IMG/VR virus record: IMGVR_UViG_3300020156_000028
Span: 557 to 64,556 of that record
DNA length: 64,000 bases
Reading direction: 5' to 3' (one strand)
Source: a virus
Lineage: Duplodnaviria; Caudoviricetes
How positions within the stretch are numbered: the first letter of the stretch is position 1; each line of letters begins with the position of its first letter. Shown here one piece after another: positions 56,441-63,988 of this stretch. The notes beneath the pieces are model-generated. The model saw only the letters and a list, made by a program, of their open reading frames with translations, searched no databases and was not told the origin of the DNA. A program made the position numbers and the translations under genes.

Positions 56441-57538
56441 TTACTTGACCGCCACGAGGTCGAGAAGCTTGCCAGCCTCGCGCTCCAGTTCCACGCGCTC
56501 GTCCTGAAACTGGATCGACTTGGCGTGGGCGGTGAGGCCGGTCACGACATCCCAGAGGGTTTCGACCGGGCGGTCTTCCTCGCGCTCGTGGGCGGCCTTG
56601 ATCAGCGTGGACATGCGGCCCGTGAAGCGCTTCTGCATGAAGGCGTCGAGGTCGTCGCCGAGCTTCTTTTCCTGCGCCGCCTTGATCGTCTCTTCAATCG
56701 GCTTGGCGAGCGCGTTCGAATACTCGGTCAGGACCGGCGTGATCTCCTCCAGCCAGCGGTCGGGCGCGGAGACGGTGTGGCGGATACGGATTTCCTTGAA
56801 GTCCTGCGCGCCCCAGACGATCCGGTTGCAGCACGCATAGTCGAACAGGAAGAACGCCGCGCCGAGCGACTTGTCGCCGACTTCCGAGTTCCAGATGAAG
56901 AAGCCGCGCGCCAGCGTGCCGCTCTCGCCGTTGCGGCGATTGTTGACCGAGACCCGGTTCTTCTCGTCGGCGAGGAAGACGAACATGTCGCGATCCGAGG
57001 CGAACAGCGTCGTGTTGTCCTTGGTGATCGGCACGTCCTTGCCGAACTCGCCCGGCACCTTCCAGTCGCCGGTCACGCCGTCGCCGAACTTGTCGCGCAG
57101 GGCACCGACGATTTCCGAGTTCCAGACGCGGCCGTAGCGCGGGCCGGTGGCGGCCGTGACCATGGTCTCGGGCTCGTAGGTCAGGATGCCGACTTCCTCG
57201 GCGTCACGGTTGAACCGCATGGAGTAGTTCAGGGCATCGCAGGCGATGGGAGCGGCCAGCGTGCGCAGAAACCCGGCCGGAGCCTTGGCGAGCGCGGCGG
57301 CCTGACCGAACGACCAGTGATTCACGTCGTTCACGTCGCCGTTGACGGCCACCTTGAGACCCTTGAAGGTCTTGTCGTTCTCGTCCGGCACGAACTCGAT
57401 CCGGCGCGTCGAGGCGACACGGCCGACCGAATTGTCACGGATATGGTGGGTCTTGTCGAAGAGGGCGTCCAGCGAGGTGAAGCGCTCGTCGCTCGGACGA
57501 GTGGCCCACTGGTGGGAAGCGTGCATGAGAGTTGCCAT
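56441..57538 (-). CDS. DUF932-family protein
   Basis: ASHQWATRPSDERFTSL, HWSFGQ, LFASDRDMFVFL, RGFFIWNSEVG, CCNRIVWG, IRIRHT; AGGAG RBS. Confidence 0.82.
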   Translation of the reverse strand: MATLMHASHQWATRPSDERFTSLDALFDKTHHIRDNSVGRVASTRRIEFVPDENDKTFKGLKVAVNGDVNDVNHWSFGQAAALAKAPAGFLRTLAAPIACDALNYSMRFNRDAEEVGILTYEPETMVTAATGPRYGRVWNSEIVGALRDKFGDGVTGDWKVPGEFGKDVPITKDNTTLFASDRDMFVFLADEKNRVSVNNRRNGESGTLARGFFIWNSEVGDKSLGAAFFLFDYACCNRIVWGAQDFKEIRIRHTVSAPDRWLEEITPVLTEYSNALAKPIEETIKAAQEKKLGDDLDAFMQKRFTGRMSTLIKAAHEREEDRPVETLWDVVTGLTAHAKSIQFQDERVELEREAGKLLDLVAVK

Positions 57539-57580
57539 TGGTCGTCTCCTGTCAGGGTTGTCGGGTCTGGCCCGGCCCCT

Positions 57581-57609
57581 TCTATAGTCCCAACTTTCCG
57601 TTGGCACAA
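57581..57609 (-). promoter_or_regulatory. Promoter/operator of DUF932 gene
   Basis: TTGTGC-N17-TATAGA overlapping CCAAC-GGAAA-GTTGG. Confidence 0.55.
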
Positions 57610-57640
57610 TAGGAAATCGACATTCTGGAAAATATTTTTT

Positions 57641-57673
57641 AAAAAACCCCCGGAACCGGGGTTCCGAGGGTTT
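57641..57673 (-). terminator. Rho-independent terminator
   Basis: Minus strand AAACCCTCGGAACC-CC-GGTTCCGGGGG-TTTTTT. Confidence 0.7.
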
Positions 57674-57724
57674 CAGTTTCACTGAGGGTCAATTCAAGGA
57701 GGTTGCGATGCTCCGATTCCAAGA

Positions 57725-58003
57725 CTAGGCAGAGTCTCCGGGATCGTCAACCCACACCTTGAAAGGCGCGCCCGCGTGGCGCACGCCCTCCTCATATGCC
57801 GCAATCCGCTCTCCAGCCATCGTGCCGCCGCAGTTGACGCAGGTCGAGCGCTTGCCGAAGCGGTACTCGGCGGAACGGAACTGATGGCGTGTACACGCCT
57901 TCAAGATTTCGTGGTTGTGGCGCACTTCCTCGAAGGTCTTGCGTATCTCGTCCTTCGAGAGACCCGTCGCGGCCCCAAGCCGATCTACGAGCTTTTCGGT
58001 CAT
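57725..58003 (-). CDS. Small Zn-binding hypothetical protein
   Basis: CTRHQF...TCVNCGG; start assigned to MTEKL. Confidence 0.65.
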   Translation of the reverse strand: MTEKLVDRLGAATGLSKDEIRKTFEEVRHNHEILKACTRHQFRSAEYRFGKRSTCVNCGGTMAGERIAAYEEGVRHAGAPFKVWVDDPGDSA

Positions 58004-58133
58004 GGCGATTCCGATCTGGAAATTTCGATTGAAAAAGAAAAAGGGCGATTCCAATCCGAAAATTTCGTTTTGAAACCGCCCTATTTGAAACGGCGCGACC
58101 ACGCCATCTCTTCCTGACACTCGTTCTATGCCA

Positions 58134-58700
58134 TCATTCCTTTTCGGGATCAATAGCCGAGGCCAGCGCAATCGTGCAGACCGGGCTATCCTTCGGGATG
58201 GCACCATCACGGGACCAACGTTCACGGCAGACTTGGGTAGCTGCGAGCTTCAACTCCTGCGCCACCATCTTAGGGGATGGGGACTCTGCTACGTCGGTAG
58301 TAAAAACCGCCGGGTTGTCGTTCACTTCGGCGAGGGCCTGATAGAGCAGCTTGCCGCAGCGGTCGAGCTTGGCTTCGTCGGCGAGCCGGAGTTCTTCGAA
58401 ACAATCGGCGTTGGCCTTGGCTGTGGGGCCGAGGGCGATCCTGATCCGTGCGGCCATATCTGTTTCAGGGGCATGAACATCTTCGCCTCCATCTACGACC
58501 TCAAGCGGGGTGCCATAGGGCTTGAAAGCCAGCGCGATATCCGAGGGTGATGGAGCAAAAGTGACCAAGCCCAGACCCACGACCGCGAGAAGCGGGGCGA
58601 GCAGGGTTCCCAAGAAGTCGCGCATTTGAGCCCTCGTATTGAGATCGTCAGGGTGATCAGCCGTGCGAATCGTCGGCTGCATTTCCTCCTCATAGCGCAT
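58134..58700 (-). CDS. Membrane-anchored protein with Cys pairs
   Basis: TM LLAPLLAVVGLGLVTF, then four Cys in the predicted periplasmic part. Confidence 0.65.
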   Translation of the reverse strand: MRYEEEMQPTIRTADHPDDLNTRAQMRDFLGTLLAPLLAVVGLGLVTFAPSPSDIALAFKPYGTPLEVVDGGEDVHAPETDMAARIRIALGPTAKANADCFEELRLADEAKLDRCGKLLYQALAEVNDNPAVFTTDVAESPSPKMVAQELKLAATQVCRERWSRDGAIPKDSPVCTIALASAIDPEKE

Positions 58701-58713
58701 TGCAAGTTACCTT

Positions 58714-58929
58714 TCACGTCTTCCAGTCCGAACCGCCAAACATTTCCAGTACATTAGGCTTTACGAACATGCGCTCGCCTTCATTCGAAACCAGTGTGGC
58801 GTGGCCTGATTTCGGGCCGAGGGAACCGGCGAGGTCTCCAAGGTAGGAGGCGGTCGCCGAACCGGGACCCGGCGAGGTTTCCAAGGTAAGCCGACCCCCT
58901 CGAAAGGTCAAACTATATACAGACAGCAA
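58714..58929 (-). CDS. Possible small hypothetical protein
   Basis: 71 aa, TTG start, no clear RBS; contains a 20-bp direct repeat (58826, 58869). Confidence 0.3.
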   Translation of the reverse strand: MLSVYSLTFRGGRLTLETSPGPGSATASYLGDLAGSLGPKSGHATLVSNEGERMFVKPNVLEMFGGSDWKT

Positions 58930-58994
58930 GGTTCCGGGCCGGATCGACGGGCCGCCTCGGGGCCGGGTCGCCGAGGGCCGAGGAGTCGGTGCCG

Positions 58995-59102
58995 TTAAGG
59001 TTAACCGTTAGGGTTAAGAATTAAGGTTAACGCGGGGTTAACGTTAAGGCTTTGGTAAGGTTACGAATTAAGGTTAACCCGGCTTACGGGGCATTTGATT
59101 AA
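58995..59102. promoter_or_regulatory. TTAA cluster with perfect CtrA box
   Basis: GTTAA-CGCGGGG-TTAAC at 59026-59042 (TTAA-N7-TTAAC on both strands); 10 TTAA in 108 bp; TTAAGGTTAAC three times. Confidence 0.7.
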
Positions 59103-59114
59103 AATTTTAGATAT

Positions 59115-59317
59115 CCCGGTCTCCCGGCTGGCGGTTGCCCGGTCTCCCGGCTCCCGGCTGGCGGTTGCCCGGTCTCCCGGCTGGCGGTTGCCCGGTCTCC
59201 CGGTTGCCGGTTGCCCGGTCTCCCGGCTGGCGGTTGCCCGGTCTCCCGGTTGCCGGTTGCCCGGTCTCCCGGCTGGCGGTTGCCCGGTCTCCCGGTTGCC
59301 GGTTGCCCGGTCTCCCG
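59115..59317. repeat. 23-bp tandem repeat array
   Basis: CCCGGTCTCCCGG(C/T)TG(G/C)CGGTTG, 8 units plus a partial; unit 2 has a 7-bp insertion. Confidence 0.95.
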
Positions 59318-59432
59318 ATATTTCCGCCAAAACGGGCCGCCAGCGCGCGCGGGAGATGGCTAGGCTAGGGCTATGGCCTAAAACACTGAATCGCGTTGTA
59401 CGGCCGTTTATGAGCGATTGTAGGCATAGGAC

Positions 59433-59461
59433 AAAAAAAAGCCCGGCTCAAAGCCGGGCTT
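59433..59461 (-). terminator. Rho-independent terminator of the terminal operon
   Basis: Minus strand AAGCCCGGCT-TTG-AGCCGGGC-TTTTTTTT, just after the stop at 59465. Confidence 0.88.
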
Positions 59462-59464
59462 GCG

Positions 59465-59677
59465 TTACTTCCTTCCTGTTAGCTTGTCTAATTCATCATC
59501 CGGGCTTGGCTTGGCTAGGTGAAAAACCCATGCGCCAAACAATCCGGCTAATATTGCCGGGAGTCCGTGCCATAGCGCGGCAAGCAATCCCCCGGCCAGA
59601 CTGGCAATCTGTAGCAACGTCGCCGTGCGATATTGCGTAATATGGATTGCCAGTCTGGATTCATCTTGCGGCCTCAA
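59465..59677 (-). CDS. Small two-TM membrane protein
   Basis: Hydrophobic LLQIASLAGGLLAALW..LPAILAGLFGAWVF; start overlaps upstream stop. Confidence 0.6.
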   Translation of the reverse strand: MRPQDESRLAIHITQYRTATLLQIASLAGGLLAALWHGLPAILAGLFGAWVFHLAKPSPDDELDKLTGRK

Positions 59678-60588
59678 ATGCCCGCGCCTTCATTGAAGGC
59701 AGATTGCAACGTTTCATCCCGGTTCCAGAACTGGAGTCCGTCATAGTCGCCTTCTTTGAGCGATTCCATTTTAGACAATAGTTCCCGCCGCTCTTCCAAT
59801 AGCTCTTCAAGGCGTTCCGATAGCATCTCCCGCAAGTTTTCAGGCAATGCGCGCAACGTTTCGCAATTCCCCTTAATATTGGAGATGGCACGCAAGATAA
59901 CCTTGCGCAAATCGCGATATTTCTTGCGCGTTTCGCCGTATAGGTTCCCGGCTTGCCACGCGGTTTGATATTCCCGTTCCTTTTCGGCCGCGCGCGCGGC
60001 CATGGAGTCGGCCGCTCTTGCCATATCCCTAGCCGTTTCCATATCGGCCGGATTTGTTTCCGTTCCCTGATATACTTTGCCGTCAGGCACTACTTGATAT
60101 GAGTACCGCGTGGACTCTTCCCGTATGTCTGAAAAATCGATTGTCGGGCCGCCATCGTGGCCGCCAAACTCATAACCCGCGACAAACCGGCACTGGCCGC
60201 CGCGCGCGGGCAATTGGTACACAAGCCCATAGCAAAGCCCGGAACCGTCTTTGTATGTTTCTCCGTCGGGATACGTGTACCAGCCGCTGGACTCGCTCCA
60301 ATAGCCGTTACGCATGCCCGGTTCCGCTTGCACGCGGCCGACAAGCCGTAAGCCGCAAGACTCCGGGCTTTCCACATAGGCAATGCGGCGGCCGCCATCT
60401 TGCCAGCTAACGGCCGGGTACAGCTTGCGCCATGGGCTAGAAGCGTAGTGCTTCATTCCCTGTTCCATGGCGGCCCGTGCTTCCTTCAAAGCTTCCCATG
60501 CCGGACGGATTTGCCCGGCTCTTGAACGCGGAGATGCAAAGGCGCGATAGCGATTGAAGGCGCGACGTAGTTCGATTGAAATAGCCAT
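59674..60588 (-). CDS. Hypothetical early protein
   Basis: 304 aa, AAGGAG RBS; GWYT...GLVYQLP..G...F.AGY, C-terminal coiled coil. Confidence 0.8.
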   Translation of the reverse strand: MAISIELRRAFNRYRAFASPRSRAGQIRPAWEALKEARAAMEQGMKHYASSPWRKLYPAVSWQDGGRRIAYVESPESCGLRLVGRVQAEPGMRNGYWSESSGWYTYPDGETYKDGSGLCYGLVYQLPARGGQCRFVAGYEFGGHDGGPTIDFSDIREESTRYSYQVVPDGKVYQGTETNPADMETARDMARAADSMAARAAEKEREYQTAWQAGNLYGETRKKYRDLRKVILRAISNIKGNCETLRALPENLREMLSERLEELLEERRELLSKMESLKEGDYDGLQFWNRDETLQSAFNEGAGI

Positions 60589-60599
60589 TTGAGACTCCT

Positions 60600-61982
60600 T
60601 TAGTGTGAATCAGTAAGAGCGGCGCGCATTTCAGTTTCGCCGATAGTTTCGGCGAATAGACCTAGTGACTCCGCAATGCGGGAGACTTCATTCCAGCCGA
60701 TATTGTGGCAACCGGCCTTAAAGTTACCTTGCGAGTCGATGGAATCTATTTGGAAGTGCCCAACGCGGATTTGCTTTCCATTGCGTTGCCATTCCGCGCC
60801 ACGTTCCCGGCAATAGCGAATTACATGAAACGCCTTGATTGCATGGGAAAGCGGTACTTCCGCGCCATGGCTTGTTTGCAGCACGTCGCCGACAATGCGG
60901 AGTAGAGCGCGGCCGTTTTCATCACTCCCCCGCCAGTAGCGATTGCCGTTCCCGGCAAGCCAATCCGCGCGCGCGGCCTGCTCCCGTTCGAAGCGTTCCC
61001 GCTCTTCACTCGCCTTCAATTCATCGTGGCGGGTTTGGAGCTTGATTGCCAGTGTCGCGGCCTTAGTAGCATCGACTCCGTGGAACGTTTCGAAAATCCG
61101 AATATGTCCTATAGCTTCCTGATAGTAACGCCGTTCCGTTGCGCCGTCCTGAATAAGTTCAAGCAACTGGCGGAACGCAAGTTTGCGCCTTCGGAATGAC
61201 ATAAGCCTATCAGACAAGGCCGCGTTACGTGCAAAGCGGCGTTTCTTGGCATTGATATACTTTGTACGGGCTTCAATGTGAGCCGTTACACGCTTGCCAC
61301 CATACTTTCGGCATGCGGCCAGCATTGCCCGGAAGTCTTTGTAGATATCCGAAAGGTTTTCATGCGGCCGGGTTTGCCGCCATCTCTTGTATCTTTCACC
61401 ATCGTCTTTGACGTAGATAGTATTCTCCCGCATGGAAATGCGTTCTATCTCCGCTTCAAACTCCGCTTGCGGGACTTCATTCATGTATCGCGTGGCTTTT
61501 AGAACAAGATACTTTTCTTGTTCTTTGACTTGTTCGGCCGCAATCTTGGCCGCCTTCTTTTCATGCTTTGCCCGGATGGACTCCCATGGGGTTTTACGCT
61601 TGGCAAGCGTTATCAGATATTGAGCGGAGTCCGGGCTAATCTCCCGCCAGTGTTGCGCCAAGTACCGCTCAATGTGAAACCAAAGGTTAGACCGCAACAG
61701 GCGGTTTGAATCTGCGAGTTCCGTCAAATCCGGAAACTCCAATGTAGTGCCACGGGCCGCGCGCCAAGTCTGACTCTTGTGTTTTCCCGTCGAAGTCGAA
61801 TATCGGGAAGAATTGAGTAGGGTCACGCCGTCCGGCATAACGTAACCCAGCATGTAATGCCGTCCATATGAATATATGGCGCGGCCTTCAAAGAAAACGC
61901 GGTTATCAGACCGGCGGCCGGATTGTTGGGACTGATTAGCCCAAACGTGGAAAACCATATCGCCATTGAAAACTTTTCTCAT
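60600..61982 (-). CDS. Hypothetical early protein
   Basis: 460 aa, TAAGGA RBS; HVWANQ.Q..GR...FFEG.AIYSYG.HY and TSHGAEVP...GCHNI motifs. Confidence 0.82.
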   Translation of the reverse strand: MRKVFNGDMVFHVWANQSQQSGRRSDNRVFFEGRAIYSYGRHYMLGYVMPDGVTLLNSSRYSTSTGKHKSQTWRAARGTTLEFPDLTELADSNRLLRSNLWFHIERYLAQHWREISPDSAQYLITLAKRKTPWESIRAKHEKKAAKIAAEQVKEQEKYLVLKATRYMNEVPQAEFEAEIERISMRENTIYVKDDGERYKRWRQTRPHENLSDIYKDFRAMLAACRKYGGKRVTAHIEARTKYINAKKRRFARNAALSDRLMSFRRRKLAFRQLLELIQDGATERRYYQEAIGHIRIFETFHGVDATKAATLAIKLQTRHDELKASEERERFEREQAARADWLAGNGNRYWRGSDENGRALLRIVGDVLQTSHGAEVPLSHAIKAFHVIRYCRERGAEWQRNGKQIRVGHFQIDSIDSQGNFKAGCHNIGWNEVSRIAESLGLFAETIGETEMRAALTDSH

Positions 61983-61993
61983 TGCTTTGTTCC

Positions 61994-62479
61994 TTAGTAC
62001 ACGTTGTTTAGGATTGAATCGCCATGCGCCATATAGTCCACGGCAAAGGCGCGTTGGTTCTGGATATACCGCTTGTGTAGCTGATAATACTTGGCTTGCC
62101 CTATCACCTCCGCGCGGAGTAGAGCGGCAAGCTCTTGCCCGGTGTCGCCGTCACCATAGCGCGCGAAAATATGCCGCTCTTGTTCCCGGCATGCTCGAGT
62201 CTCGCCTTCAAGATTGAATGGCGCGTCTAGGACAAGGTGACACCAATCATGCCAAGCCCGGAACGCCTGATTTACTTCCCGGCAGTCAAAGACAGTGGAG
62301 TCGCTGGACTCGGAGTAGACAGTTATCCGGCCGCGCGCGGCCATCTCCGCTTTAAGGCGACGTAGCGAGTCCGGCGCGTCCGGGCTTGTGTCAAAGCCTT
62401 GTGGCCAAACGCGGTTGCAGCATGCCAGCACGGCGACATTGAAGAGCGGCAAGAGCGGCTTGAAAGACAGTGTAGACAT
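61994..62479 (-). CDS. Hypothetical early protein with HDxxH metal-binding motif
   Basis: NQAFRAWHDWCH...F..EGE...AEVIGQ; GGAG RBS. Confidence 0.75.
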   Translation of the reverse strand: MSTLSFKPLLPLFNVAVLACCNRVWPQGFDTSPDAPDSLRRLKAEMAARGRITVYSESSDSTVFDCREVNQAFRAWHDWCHLVLDAPFNLEGETRACREQERHIFARYGDGDTGQELAALLRAEVIGQAKYYQLHKRYIQNQRAFAVDYMAHGDSILNNVY

Positions 62480-62679
62480 TAGGCGACTCCATATCTGAAT
62501 TGTGCGTAGGCGGCCCGCATGGCCGCTTTCTCGCGTTTTGTGGGGATGTATGGCGCGGGAGTAGCTTGTTCCCGCTCTTGTGCGCTGGCGGCCTTCCTAA
62601 GCTCTTTTTGAGCCGTGGCGCGCATGCCGATAGCGGCGTAATATTGAGCCGCGCGGAGATGGCTTGCGGCGGTTTTCAT
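62479..62679 (-). CDS. Small early protein
   Basis: 66 aa, coupled at both ends. Confidence 0.65.
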   Translation of the reverse strand: MKTAASHLRAAQYYAAIGMRATAQKELRKAASAQEREQATPAPYIPTKREKAAMRAAYAQFRYGVA

Positions 62680-62933
62680 TCGCTTGCTCCCGGCATTTCG
62701 ACATCATAGCCACGGGCTTTCCATTCCCGCATGGACAGTTGGAACATGCCGGGCTTGTCGCCTTGCGGGAACCGCGCGGCAAACTCGGCCGCAACGCGCA
62801 TTGCCTCTTCTTTGTCGCGGCCCGCATAGACCGCACAAAAATGTGTCACGTCAAAGCGCGGCTTGTCGGGAGTCGAGTTCCACGCGGCCCGGTTAGTGAC
62901 GATGGCGACGTTAAGGTGAAAACCGTCATTCAT
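62676..62933 (-). CDS. Small early protein
   Basis: 85 aa, TAAGGAG RBS. Confidence 0.7.
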   Translation of the reverse strand: MNDGFHLNVAIVTNRAAWNSTPDKPRFDVTHFCAVYAGRDKEEAMRVAAEFAARFPQGDKPGMFQLSMREWKARGYDVEMPGASE

Positions 62934-62944
62934 GGCTGGACTCC

Positions 62945-63220
62945 TTAAATCAGGTTGATTGCGTAGCAGGTGACAGAGATGGCAATCCCGGCGGCCGCGA
63001 TGGCAAGCGCCAGAAACTCGCCGTTGGTATTGTCCTCCCGCAATTCATCGATAGCGGCGGATATCCGGGCATGAATGGCGGCCGACTCTTCCTTAGTCGG
63101 AACGTGGCGGGAGTTAGTTAGAATGTATGCGGCTTGCGCGCGTTCGATGGTTAGCCAATCGATGGCACGGGCTTTGTTGCCATTGTGGCGGTCTAGGATG
63201 GCTTTCGTGTAGGCTTGCAT
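62945..63220 (-). CDS. First early gene, C-terminal TM helix
   Basis: AAGGAG RBS before MQAYTK; ends FLALAIAAAGIAISVTCYAINLI. Confidence 0.7.
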   Translation of the reverse strand: MQAYTKAILDRHNGNKARAIDWLTIERAQAAYILTNSRHVPTKEESAAIHARISAAIDELREDNTNGEFLALAIAAAGIAISVTCYAINLI

Positions 63221-63261
63221 TGGTAGACTCCTTGCGTCCGGGCAAAAGCGCCCGTGCCTCT

Positions 63262-63421
63262 TTATGGCATGCCCGGCGGCCGCTAACAAGCAAATAGTGT
63301 AGTTTTCTACACTTTACCCTCTTGACTATCGGAAATAGGGCATGCGTTAGGCCAAGTGTAGCTTCATACACGTCTAATCGGCCATAGCGGGCCGTAGGCG
63401 CGCAAGTGTAGCTTTATACAC
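63262..63421 (-). promoter_or_regulatory. Early promoter with three GTGTA-N6-TACAC palindromes
   Basis: CTTGTT-N17-CCATAA (63290-63262); palindromes at 63297, 63356, 63406. Confidence 0.65.
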
Positions 63422-63554
63422 AATCACCCATGACACCCCCGGAATCCGCGTGTACGGGCAATTTTGGGGTTTTCACGTTCTGTTCACGGTTTTATTGTCA
63501 ACGTGTAGCGAACAATAAAAGTGTAGCTATTAACCGGGCCGCGTTTGGCGCATG

Positions 63555-63845
63555 CCGGGCATGGGGTATATTAGCGTTTTCTATTGTATGTATAGTCTAC
63601 CTACTAGGTCGGCATTGCGGCCTTGTGTTGGGTATGAGCGGCCGCCGGGCATGGGGGTAGCCCGGTTAGTCTACCTAGCGGGTAGGGATTAGCCGGTTGC
63701 AAGTCGCAATCGGATTTTCGATTTTCTGTTTTTGTCCGGGCATGGGGTTGCAGGTGGTGGCGGGTGTCCGGGTGTCCGGGCATGGGGTTGCAGGTGGTGG
63801 CGGCCATGGGGTGTCCGGGTGGCGGGTGTCCGGGTGGCGGGTGGT
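63555..63845. repeat. G-rich terminal repeats
   Basis: CCGGGCATGGGG at 63555, 63645, 63736, 63776; 30-bp duplication at 63734/63774; several GGTGTCCGGG. Confidence 0.8.
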
Positions 63846-63988
63846 AGAGTGTTGCCCTGTATAGGTATATTAGCAGTTGGTTATGTTTCGCATGCGCTGG
63901 CGTGTGCCCGGCTTGCGGGTGTCCGTTGGTTCCCGGCGGCCGGGTGTCCCGGCTACGGGTCCCTCCCCCTGTCGGCGGTCTGCCGGGG

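Noticed and set aside
59061-59640. ORFs and a possible CRISPR array in the 23-bp repeat region
   Set aside because: Units are contiguous with no unique spacers; the ORFs are repeat-derived translations
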